Below, in pieces: positions 13,778-24,077 of a stretch of 64,000 nt of DNA (within the stretch, counting starts at the first letter, position 1; every line of letters begins with the position of its first letter). The DNA is from Chrysemys picta bellii (lineage: Eukaryota): assembly GCF_011386835.1 (NCBI RefSeq), contig NC_088799.1, forward strand, positions 86,552,001-86,616,000. The letters run 5' to 3'. The notes below the pieces were generated by a model, which was not told the DNA's origin, searched no databases, and worked only from the letters and a program-made list of their open reading frames with translations. The position numbers and the translations under genes were made by a program.

Positions 13778-13972
13778 GGCCCTGTCTTCAAGGGTTTATA
13801 GCACCAGTGTAGCCGACCCAGTCTAAGCCCCTCGTATCAGACCCTGTTAAGCCCACATCAGTATAAGTCACCAATTACACTGGTGCAGCATATCTGCACT
13901 AGGGATTTGTACTGGTGCAGACACATTGCGGTAGCTACAACAATGCTAAAAACCCAGTGTAGACAAGACTTT
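13778..13972. mobile_element. Degenerate Harbinger-type MITE
   Basis: ggccctgtcttca... / ...cagtgtagacaagac termini; approximate limits. Confidence 0.45.
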
Positions 13973-14104
13973 AGTCCAGAGCCAGGGAGCACTACGAGGT
14001 CTCCCTGTTTCCCATATAATGAATATAAAATGACCCTTTATTCAGGCTATCAGAATCAGGTCTGTTCTCTACCACTAGAGACACTATAGAATTCATTGAC
14101 TTTC

Positions 14105-14430
14105 TGTGCTGCATGGATGGGAGGGCAATAATCTACCCAGCAAATGAAGGTGTGATTGTAGCATGGGTCGGTATACCCATGCTAGCTTTAAGATAGCTAG
14201 CACAGGTAACATTAGCAGTGAAGATGCAGCGACACAGGAGTCAGTGCAGGCTAACCACCCCAGTACGACCCCCTCGGGGACGCTGAGAACATATTCAAGT
14301 TGCTAGCCTGCACCAGGATCTTGCCTTTGCATCTTCACTGCTATTGTTACCTGCGCTAACTGGATTAAATCTAGTGTGGCTTCACCTCTCCAGGCTACAA
14401 TAACATCTTATATTCAGTGTAGATGTACCT
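14105..14430. mobile_element. Palindromic Harbinger-type MITE
   Basis: Inverted arms gtaacattagcagtgaagatgc / gcatcttcactgctattgttac; right end cagtgtagatgtacc. Confidence 0.6.
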
Positions 14431-14903
14431 TAAACCTCGGACAGAGCTGGGTTGCAACTAACTCATAGCACCGCTTTCCCACCCCTTCCCATGGGCTTTC
14501 TGCTACCGGGGACCCACAGCTACTGAGCCTGATTGGTCTTCAAAAAAAAATCATTTCCACCCTGAATAATTGCACAAAAATACATTTGGAGCTTTGCATG
14601 AAGGTTCAAACATAAACCAATATTTGCAGACCCAGGATCCTGGATTAATACATGATCCTCAGGCTTACTTGTATTGTAGGAAAGACATCAGGAGCTGCAA
14701 GAACTGCAGAGCCCAAGGGACCAATATTTAAATCAGAGGGATACAGTGAGATGTATATTTACCGACAGACTGACTTTAAAAAGATGTGCAAAGTGCAGGA
14801 CCTAAATTATCTGACCTGGCACCTCTGATTGATACTTCAACATTGCATCACCCTCATTCTAGTATAACCCAAAAGTAGAGATGGCTGGAAGTTTTTACCC
14901 CTC

Positions 14904-14995
14904 TATGACCTTGGGCTTGTCACAATCTCTCTGATCCTCAGTTCTCCATCTGTAAAATGGGGATAATAATACTTCCTTTTTACCACCCTTTGCAC
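14904..14995 (+). mobile_element. MIR/CORE-type SINE fragment
   Basis: tgaccttgggc...cctcagttctccatctgtaaaatggggataataatac. Confidence 0.7.
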
Positions 14996-16943
14996 GTCTT
15001 GTCTTAGGCCTGATATTGCAATTCATAGTTATGGGCGGACTGCTGCAAATATGGGGAATCTCCTTGAAGTCAACTGATTTTAATGGAGCTGCACCCACGC
15101 TGTCATTGCAGAATCAGAGTTCTCAGTATAAGCTCCTGAGGGCAGAGACTGTCTCTTATTAGGTATATGTACAGTGCCTAGCACAATAGGCCCCAATCTT
15201 GGCTGGGGCCCCTAAGTGCTACTATCATACAAATCATAATTGTACTTAATCTGGACCTTCTTCAGCCAGGTATGGATCCAGCTTGCTTCCACTTCCACAA
15301 AGTTAGACTCCCCGTCCCCATTAACATTTACAAACATTAACCCCAAAACCACCAATAATTCCATCCTCATTCTCGCAACGAAACCAGAATGAGTTTAAAT
15401 TACCGACAAGGTGAAATAAAATGCATGAGCAAAGAGCTAATACTCAGCAAGAAAACAGACAGAACTGCCCCAGCAAAACACCTGAGATGTTTAGCATCGC
15501 TACCGGAGAGCTTTACAGTGTGTCAAATGTTCCCTCCGTCCGTGCACTCGGAGTCTTAACCCACTCAGGAAACTACCATGTATAGCCTGGTGTGCTCTCG
15601 ACAGACTGTGGTCCCGTAGCCAGAGACAACGGTTAGATTAAGAACCCCCAGCAGTGACAGAACTTCTGGATGTTGATGCAATGGAGCAAGATTTACAAGG
15701 AAAATGATCAGAAGTAAATAAAGAAATAAAAATGAAAGGACCTTACAGGGAAGCTAGCCCCATTCGAGGGGTTAAGCCTTTGACTAGGTCAACAGCCCCT
15801 AGAGTGCTATTAATTCTACACAGAATTGGGAGACTCATGGTTTTATATCGGTGTTTTAGAATAGCTAAAAGTAGTTTATCTGCATAATTTAAGGTGATGT
15901 TTATTGATGCCACGGGGTATTTTAGGGACAATATTGTCTCTGCAGAACATTACCACCCAGCTGTTCTGCCAGCTAGTGACAATCTGTTTAAAAATACCAG
16001 GGAGCATGAAGTCTGTAGTCTGTAAGCACGTGTGTGTGTGTCGTCCAAAACCTCTGTGAAAATAACCTTCAGGAATGGCAATTCTCCAGGAGCACAGTTT
16101 GAGCCAGCTAAGATATGAACAAACAATCAAGGCAGCTAGGTAGTTCAGATTTAATGTATGCTGCTAGAATAGACCAATATTCAGATTTAATTTGGTTATG
16201 GAGATCAAACCCCCTTTAAAAATGTGTTCACATTGTGCAAATAAAATTTGATTCTTTTATTTTAATTTTTGCTCTCCTAGCTTCTACACAGTGAGCTGTG
16301 ATATATTTGTAATGCTCTGGCTGACTGAAGCTATTTTATATATATTCAAATCTCTGCAGTCGGGAAACCAGATGCAAAAAAGTTTCACCCATGCTTTCTG
16401 TTAGGCTGTGGGGGCCATTGCTACACCATACAGAAGTGGAGGTTACAAACCCTCCCAACCCTTTGTATCATTTGATTGTACACCGTTTAACTGTTGCTGC
16501 ATTTCACTTTACCCACTACTGCATTTCAGTAGTGGGTAAAGTGATTTCAGTGCAGTCTGCCAATTACTTTGGCCTTCTTTGTGATAAATGACAATGTAAA
16601 TGTAAGAGATTATTACTATTATTACTATCAACTCTGAAGGCTACTCTGTGTCAAGGAGAAAGTTTCAGTTATATAAATTCCAATCTCCCGGTTTATTGCA
16701 ACTGACACTGAGTGACTACATCATTAGGAAGGCTCAGTTTACACAAAACCCATTGTGACTCAAACAACCGAGTTACAACATGATCAAAAGGTAGAGGCAA
16801 GACCTAACCAAGCCCCATAACTAGGCTAAATCATTGGATACAAGGCTCTCCACTGAGGGAGAGATACCCCCAAAATAAGGATGCACTTGGTAAATAAAGT
16901 TAGGCTTAGCGTGGGATTGATTCCACTGGCACAAAGACTAGAC

Positions 16944-17278
16944 CAGGGGTCGGCAACGTTTGGCACGCGGCTCACCAGAGTAAGCATCCTGGTGGGCCGG
17001 GCCAGTTTATTTACCTGCTGACACGGCAGGTTCAGCCGATCGCGGCCCCCCACTCGCCGCGGTTCGCCGTCCTGGGCCAATGGGGGCAGCGAGAAGCGGC
17101 GCAGGCCAGGAATGTGCTGGCCACGGCTTCCCGCCGCCCCCATTGGCCCGGGACGGTGAACCGTGGCCAGTGGGGGCCGCGATCGGCCGAACCTGCCACG
17201 TCAGCAGGTAAATAAACTGGCCCAGGCCACCAGGGGGCTTACCCTGGCGAGCCGCGTGCCAAACGTTGCCAACCCCTG
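16944..17278. mobile_element. hAT (Charlie-like) MITE
   Basis: About 30-bp TIRs CAGGGGTCGGCAACGTTTGGCACGCGGCTC / GAGCCGCGTGCCAAACGTTGCCAACCCCTG; perfect 8-bp TSD GACTAGAC (16936-16943 and 17279-17286); internally palindromic. Confidence 0.95.
17225..17238 (+). promoter_or_regulatory. Candidate CTCF motif within the Charlie-like MITE
   Basis: GGCCACCAGGGGGC matches the CTCF core consensus up to the final two positions (TT follows instead of GC). Confidence 0.4.
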
Positions 17279-17299
17279 GACTAGACAGATGTGATTGGC

Positions 17300-18621
17300 A
17301 GGGATGGTCTTGATAATACTAGCCCTGCCTCAGTGCAGGGGACTGGACTAGATGATCTATTGAGATCCCTTCTGCGACAGTGTACCCCATAAGGTTTTAT
17401 AGGGGGGTGCTTATATATGTATGTATGATATAACTGGAATAGGTGTTTGCTACATATGCCAGGTGACATATCTATGTAAAGGTTACGATCTACTGGTTAT
17501 GTTCATCCTAGATGTATGCAGGCACCATTTGTGTGCTCAAAGTTATGAACATTGGCTGTATAATTGCTAAGTAGCCTTAGATTTCTAAATAGCCTTAGTT
17601 AGAACATTTGGTCACTTCTTGGGAAAGGAATGTGCAAATTAGGTGCTCAATCAGGAAGCACTTAACAGACAAAAGAGCTTGGAAAACTCCAATCCACATA
17701 AGAAGTCTACCTGAGGACGTTCAAGGTGGCATGTGGGTAATGGCTACTACCTGCAAGTCCTGAGTCATGCATGGGCATGTGACTTGCCCATGTGATTCCG
17801 AATATCCATTTTGTGACTAGATTCTACACAGGGTGAGGAGGGGGTCTCCACCCACAAGAGAAAGTCTGTTTAAACCCCTGGGAGACCCCTCCATTTGGTC
17901 TTCAGCTGGCTAAAGAAGGAGCCTCTCCACCCTCCCCCCCCCAGGATACTTGAAGGAAACTGGAACAAAGGACAGTAACTACAGGGGGTGTGAGTGATTG
18001 CTGGACCCAGGCTAAAAGGAGATTAGCCTGTAAAAGGGAGCACTCTGGAACTGGTGAGGATCTTATCTGTATTTAGTTTGATTAGACATAGATTTGCGCA
18101 TTTTATTTTATTTTGCTTGGTGACTTACTTTGTTCTGTCTGTTACTACTTGGAATCACTTAAATCCTACTTTTTGTATTTAATAAAATCACTTTTTACTT
18201 ATTAATTAACTCAGAGTATGTATTAATACCTGGGGGAGCAAACAACTGTGGATATCTCTCTATCAGTGTTATAGAGGGCGAACAATTTATGAGTTTGCCC
18301 TGCATAAGCTTTATACAGGGTAAAATGGATTTATTTGGGTTTAAACCCCATTGGGAGTTGGGCATCTGAGTGCTAAAGACAAGCACACTTCTGTGAGCTG
18401 TTTTCAGGTAAACCTGCAGCTTTGGAGCAGGTAATTCAGATCCTGGGTCTGTATTGGAGCAGACAGGAGTGTCTGGCTCAGCAAGACAGGGTGCTGGAGT
18501 CCTGAGCGGCAGGGAAAACAGGAGCAGGGGTAGTCCTGGCACATCAGGTGGCTGCTCCCAAGGGGGTTTCTGTGATCCAACCCGTCACACCTTCCAATTC
18601 TACATTTCTATGATTCTATGA
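17300..18621 (+). mobile_element. CR1 (or CR1-tailed SINE) 3' end, split by the solo LTR (pieces 17300-17372 and 18590-18621)
   Basis: gggatggtcttgataatactagccctgcc...ggactagatga...ccttc resumes after the LTR as ccttccaattctacatttctatgattctatga, the CR1 terminal repeat. Confidence 0.85.
17373..18589 (+). mobile_element. Solo LTR (Ty3/Gypsy or ERV type), 1217 bp, inserted in a CR1 3' end
   Basis: TGCGACAG...CCGTCACA termini, 5-bp TSD CCTTC (17368-17372 and 18590-18594), AATAAA at 18181; no internal ORFs. Confidence 0.85.
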
Positions 18622-20010
18622 CTGCCCAGGGTTTTACCTTATTAGGTAGCTATGGTTAAGTCCTGTCCAAACTACAAATTCTAATCAAGCAGTAAGCAGA
18701 TCTGAACCATACTGAAACTAGGCCTCCTCACTCGTTACAGGGCCCAATACTCCTCTCCTCTCTAGATTCCTCTTGGAGCCGGTCATTTATAAAAACAGAT
18801 TCTACATTTTCTTCTGAAGCCATGGGCTGTGCATTAAAAGAGCCAAGTCAAAAGCTCCACTCTCAGCCCTCTTTCCCTGGATACCCAGTCACCCCCTTTC
18901 CTGGCTGTTGCGCTCAGACCCCCTAACAGCAAAACACGGGCTCACTTTAAATGGCAGATTGCTCTGATGTGAGCCACTATGTGACAACTTCTGTAGGCTC
19001 AATGTGGGCTTGAGATTGGCTGGCAAGAGCTGTAGGAAGAGCAGCTGATTATAACAACAGTAGTATTAAAGGCAGTGCTCAGTGCACAGCAGGAATACTT
19101 GCAGAAGAGGGAGTAAACAGCCTGTTAACAGAATCCTACTGAACAAGGAGAGATGGCAAACACCACTAGGGGCAGAAAAATAATATTAAAAGGGTCCTAG
19201 AGAGATTAGCAATACAAGCAGAAAACAACAAAATGTATTTCAGCTCAGGAAAATGCAAGTTATCATCACTAGAGAATACCACTTCAACCTATTCTACCCA
19301 TATTAAACCAACTTCTAGGTTTCCCAATATAGATTCTTTACCAGTGTCGCACTAAAGATCAACACTATAATCAACTTCACACAAGCATCAGTGCTTTCTC
19401 TGGATACCATTCACCAGCTCAGGAAAAGTTATTCTTAGAAAGAAAAGAAAGAAAGAAAGAACTTTCCTTCCTCCAGAATTCACTGGTAAAAATGGGAGCT
19501 GTGCTTTACAGCCCATTCTTAAAGCTCTCCACAATCAGGTTCCCGGAGCATCAGTTTGGCAGTAGGGTAAGCTACAAATGTTGAACTTCAAACAATAGTC
19601 ATTTTAGTCTGTTTTAGAAATAAAGCAGGACCCTGTGCATATGGTATAGAACTTGAACTCGTAAACTAGCTTCAAGACAACTTCATATTTTCCTGAGGGA
19701 TATGCGTAAGATTGAGTAACTGGTTGAAAACTTCCTACTTGCACCAACTCACTGCTTCCAAAGTTATTTCCTCTATCCCGTTGTTAAAATAAAATACACT
19801 GCTGTACGCCATTGCCGATTCCCGTGGTATGTCACTGATCCATGTGACTTTATGAGAGGCCTGGCTGTTGCTCAGTAATGTAACAGCACGCAGATGAAAG
19901 TTTTCTGGCTTAAAAACTGGATTGAGGTTCTTATGCCCTGTTTTTTCATGTTGAATAACTAGTTATGTTGGGCCACAGAAATGCAACTGCAGAATTCCTT
20001 TGATTTCCCT

Positions 20011-20218
20011 GTAGCAGCCGTGTTAGTCTGTATCCACAAAAAGAACAGGAGTACTTGTGGCACCTTAGAGACTAACAAATTTATTAGAGCATAAGCTTTC
20101 GTGGACCACAGCCCACTTCTTCTATATGCATCCGAAGAAGTGGGCTGTAGTCCACGAAAGCTTATGCTCTAATAAATTTGTTAGTCTCTAAGGTGCCATA
20201 AGTACTCCTGTTCTTTTT
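20011..20218. mobile_element. Penelope-like element terminal fragment as an inverted (fold-back) pair
   Basis: Arms 20038-20122 and 20134-20218 are reverse complements (83/85), flanked by direct repeat TTTGATTTCCCTGT (19999-20012 and 20216-20229). Homologous to 58864-59062. Confidence 0.85.
20128..20167 (+). ncRNA. Minimal hammerhead ribozyme-like motif (U4C variant, CCGAAGA core)
   Basis: GCAU-CCGAAGA-A-[GUGGGCU GU AGUCCAC]-GAAA-GCU-U-AUGC: 4-bp stem I, stem II hairpin, palindromic AAGCUU in place of stem III. Confidence 0.55.
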
Positions 20219-20298
20219 GATTTCCCTGTTCTGTAGGTCTCAACAAATCAGAGATTGATGAGCTTTCTTCTTTTTTGGCTATGGATCTTGACAACAGC

Positions 20299-20653
20299 TA
20301 GAGTGACCATATTTCCCAAAGGGAAAATGGTACACCACACAGGGCTGACCTGAGCCCCCCACCCCAGCTGCTCTCCAGAGCCCCCCGCAGAGCTGGCCCC
20401 GGCTGCTTGGTGGAACCCTGTTGCCCACCCCCCCAGTTTGTCACTGGTCACTCAAACCCCGCCAGCCTCCCTGCATGCTGGAACCCTGCCTGCCCCTCTG
20501 CGCGGGGCTGGCATCTCCACTTCCCCATCCCCACAAGTTCCTCTGACCACGCTGCACCTCACGTTTTTGACAAAAAAAAGTCGGGACGGACAGGACAGGG
20601 CTTTAAAAAAAGGGACTGTCCTAGCCAAAATGGGACATTAAGTGATCACCCTA
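20299..20653. mobile_element. Degenerate hAT (Blackjack-like) MITE
   Basis: TAGAGTGACCATATTTCCC... / ...GGGACATTAAGTGATCACCCTA termini; TSD not recognisable. Confidence 0.65.
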
Positions 20654-21111
20654 GCCGCCACATCTGCACTTGGTAAGGAGCTGGTGGAGATCCACAATAA
20701 AGTTAACATAAGTGGAAGGAAGCATGAGCATATGGGATGACATTGGACTCGCAATCAGGAAATCTGGGGTCTGTTCTCAGCTTGGTAACAGACTTCCTGT
20801 ACGACTGAGGGCAAGTCATTTCATCTACCTGTGCCTTGGCTACCCACCTAAATAATAATAAAGTGAGTAGATTTTCTACAAGCTTTTATTCCAAGCAAAG
20901 TCCAACGCACATAAGACCCAGTTACCAGGGTGTTAGTCTAACACAAAGGACACTGGATTCTCAGTGTTCAAGTCTCTCAGCCGTAATAAACAAATAGAAG
21001 CAGCAACGGAAGAGAGATTCAAGTGCAATCAGCACCTTTTTGATCCAAAATTAAGAAATGGTCGGAAGCTTTCCTCCTCAAAAGGTTAACGCATTAGCTG
21101 TGCTAACTCAC

Positions 21112-21345
21112 CTGATCTGTCTCTTTATTTTTAAAAATATAGACCAGTGATTACATCAGCCGGTGCATTGGTCCCTTCAGTTAAAATAAGCTCATCCCAA
21201 GCTGGATCCTTGTATGAACCTGTCAAATCTTGCTCAGATAAGAAATTGTCAGTCCTGCTGGCCAGGTGAGCAATTTCAGCCTTAGTAAGATTTCCACTAG
21301 GGCCACATGAGAGTAGGGGAGGGTACGTCATTAGATCAGTTGCTA
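21112..21345 (-). other. Candidate minus-strand exon (likely 5'UTR exon of the gene driven by the 22.4-23.7 kb island)
   Basis: Acceptor ttcttctccctttttccag|TAG (NAGNAG) at 21346 and consensus donor CAG|GTGAGT at 21111; 234 nt; stops in all three frames. Confidence 0.45.
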
Positions 21346-21385
21346 CTGGAAAAAGGGAGAAGAATTTTTCTGCCCCAGACCCGTT
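21115..21385 (-). pseudogene. Tentative decayed spastin-like AAA-ATPase fragment
   Basis: LTKAEIAHLASRTDNFLSEQDLTGSYKDPA aligns by eye to recalled spastin [29 protein letters not shown] (15/30 identical). Colinear EKFFSLFPVATDL (cf. EKLVRALFAVAREL) upstream and LKIKR (cf. LKKIKR, frameshifted) downstream. Borderline significance. Confidence 0.3.
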
Positions 21386-22399
21386 AAATCAGTACTGTGC
21401 ATCAGCCCCTAAGCGTATGTGATTTTCCTGCATGAAGCCTGAGGTGATCTCCCTGCTCACTATCACCACTGGCCATCATGGTGGCCAGAGCAGGAGATAC
21501 AGTATTTCGGTTTCCTCTTTTTAAAAGAAATTTGGGTAAATACAGTAACAAGAGTAAAGTGCCTGCTCCCAATACAGTCAATGGCAAAGCTCCCCTTTAC
21601 TTCAGTGGTGCAGCACAGGGCCCATAGTTTTAGTTTGCTGCTTGTTTCTGCTAAACAAGTTCATCATGATCCCTGTACATGACCTGGCTGTTACATGCTG
21701 TTCATCACTACAGTAAAACAAAATCTTAAACCACTACTTTAGTCATGTTAGATTAAGATACTGTATTTTTGCCTGACCTGAAAAATAAAACATTTTTTTA
21801 AAAATTGCTGGTAACACAGAGAGAGTTTTAGGTTGTGAGTGGGTTTAAAAGAAACCCATTAAAATTATTCTCTTCCTGAGACTCTGAAAGTGACTAATAC
21901 AATAGAATCACAATGAGCCTTGAGTGTCTAGTTGTAAAAAAAATAAAATAAGTGAGGGTATCAAAAAATCGGGGAATTTCCATCTATCCAAAATAATTAT
22001 TATTCTCAAAATGTTGGTAGAACAGGTAAAGCCCAGACCACAGCCGTGTGCATGCAGTGTACTCTGACACAGGATTAAACAACCTGGCCCACAGGTATAT
22101 TCTAAGAAGCACTGATAGCGATTGCTCTCCCTCCCCCCTTCAGCACTTGCTCCAGTTACACTGCTTATTTAAGTGCCTCCAATCTGTGTACACACACACC
22201 CGTCTAGTCCTCCTCACACAAGTGCAGACGCTGCCAGCAGAGAGGCGCACGCAAGAACATTTTTCACACTGACACTGCTCCCTGGAGTCTCAGACTAACC
22301 AGGTCCGGCAAAATATGGAGAGAGAGAGAGGCTTGTCCCCCTCCGCTGAAACTGACAAGGAGAGTTTTGCAATTGACAAGTGATGAAACTGACCAGTTG

Positions 22400-23720
22400 C
22401 TACCCCGACTCCCTCCCCTCACTGCCGCATCAGATTTACTCCCCGGCTTTGTTTTAAACGAGCTGCCTTTCTTTTCCACCCCAGACGGAGCTCTGCAGGG
22501 CAAGCTGGCAAGGTAACAAAGCAAATGACAGACCTTCTCTCTCGCCTCTTCTGGGCTGGGGAGGGAGCGTTTCCTCGCCCTGCCTTTGCCTGGCGCCGCT
22601 TGGCAGGAGGAGGCGAGCAGCACAGAGGCTTCCTCAGGGATGCTCCAGTTTCTTTGCCGGCTCTCTCTTGAGGCGTTGCAGGATCTCGGAGGGCTCATCT
22701 GCTCCACATTGCTCGGGCCGGTGGGATTCTTTATTTTCAAAAAAAATTATCTATATTATTATTATAATATATTCTGGGGGCTTGTGGTTCCTGCAGCCAG
22801 GCGGAAGTGAAACCCTTCCCCCTCCCTCCTTCCTCTGAGCTCAGCCCAGCGGAGAGGAGAGAAGGGGTAATTCCCAGGCACCGCGCCGAAGGGCAGGCGA
22901 GCGGGAGCCTGCCAGGGTGGGGATGTGTATGTTTCAATCTGCACATGGGGGGCACGGTAGATTGCAGGGTGTTTCCTGCAGACAGGGCACTACAGAACCA
23001 ACAGCGCCTCGGGCGTTATTCACAGCCAGGCACGTGTCCCCCGGTCCGCCAGGGGCCTGCGGGTCCCGCTCCCCTACCGCCTCTTTCGGCGGAGGCGGCG
23101 TGTGGCGAGCTGCACTGACGCTCCTGAGCCGAGCCCCCTGCAGGGGCGGGAAGGGGGACGTTCCTCTGCCGCTTTCAGTCCATCCACCGCCTTTCACCCC
23201 AGCCCCCAGCCCCAGTGCGGCAGGCGGGGGAGGAGGAGAGAAGCCACCCCCTGCCCTGGGTAAACTATCCCCAAGGGAATGGGGGGGGACTTGGGGCTCT
23301 TTTCGCCCCCCCCCCGCCGCTACCTGCCGGCTGAGCTCCCAGCGTGAGTGGGCAGGGGAGGGCGGTTTCCCTTCTCCACCCCATCCAGGACGTAGGGCCC
23401 CGTTTCTTCCCCGCTGCAGCCCGCCAGGCGAAGAGCAGGCACCGTTCCCCACGGCCCTGCGGAGCAGGTGCACAGCCCAGCTGCCACGCCGGGGCTGCCT
23501 GTTGGCAGGGCCGGGGAGGCGCAGCTGGACGCAGCGATCAGCGGCTCCTGGCGGCTGCTCACGCAGCGGGGCCGGGCGCATCTCAGCCAGACAGCGGGAT
23601 TCCCCCAGCCGCAGCCTGCTCTGAATAATAAAGGAGCGGCCCAGCCGTGAGGCACGGAGCTGAAAGCACAAACAGTAGATCGGGAGGCTGCAAACGCTTC
23701 CCGGCTGCTTAACTGCGCTT
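22400..23720. promoter_or_regulatory. CpG island, likely promoter of the divergent neighbour (PAK3 by synteny)
   Basis: Non-repetitive CpG-dense tract with a minus-strand donor CAG|GTAGCG (exon end 23324). CHRDL1 and PAK3 are head-to-head neighbours in human Xq23 (established); the PAK3 assignment here is inference and no PAK3 CDS is in the window. Confidence 0.55.
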
Positions 23721-23937
23721 TGAGTTGTCCCGCTGCCCCCTCTCTGAGCAAAGTGAAGAGCCCGGTTAGGACTTGAAGCCTCAGGCCACCCCTGTGACTA
23801 GGTATTTAAACAACAAGTGGAGATTGTCGTTAGCTGTTTGACAAAGGCCAGTCCCTTTTTCTTATGTCCTGGAGATAGTCTCTCGTACAAGTAGGCTGGG
23901 TGACAGGCTGTTAGAGAGGAAAAACACACCCTTCTCT

Positions 23938-24077
23938 TCAGACTTGCATCTGAAGAAGTGAGGTTCTTACCCACGAAAGCTTATGCTCCCAATACTTCTG
24001 TTAGTCTCAAAGATGCCACAGGACCCTCTGTTGCTTTTTACAGATTCAGACTAACACGGCTACCCCTCTGATACTTG
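23938..24077 (+). mobile_element. Penelope-like element terminal fragment
   Basis: Ends ...cagactaacacggctacccctctgatact; 12-bp TSD ACACCCTTCTCT (23926-23937 and 24078-24089). Confidence 0.85.
23946..23986 (+). ncRNA. Minimal type I hammerhead ribozyme motif (canonical CUGAAGA/GAAA core)
   Basis: GCAU(23946-49)-CUGAAGA-A-stem II(23958-74, one mismatch)-GAAA-GCU-U-AUGC(23983-86); AAGCUU palindrome suited to dimer-formed stem III. Confidence 0.65.

Noticed and set aside
19160-19178. CTCF-like CCACTAGGGGCAG
   Set aside because: One base short in the G run relative to the consensus spacing.
20089-20129. Minus-strand hammerhead in the left arm of the fold-back element
   Set aside because: The core is destroyed at the inversion junction (reads AUAGAAGA instead of CUGA/CCGA-AGA).
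1-22000. PAK3 coding exons on the minus strand
   Set aside because: No match to the recalled PAK3 N-terminus or CRIB motif was found, so the gene symbol is withheld.
22264-23751. ORFs of 143-245 aa in the CpG island, including the 158-aa minus ORF
   Set aside because: Typical CpG-island stop-codon depletion; the 158-aa ORF starts at TTG; none resembles PAK3 (MSDGLDNEEKPPAPP...) or any protein I recognise.
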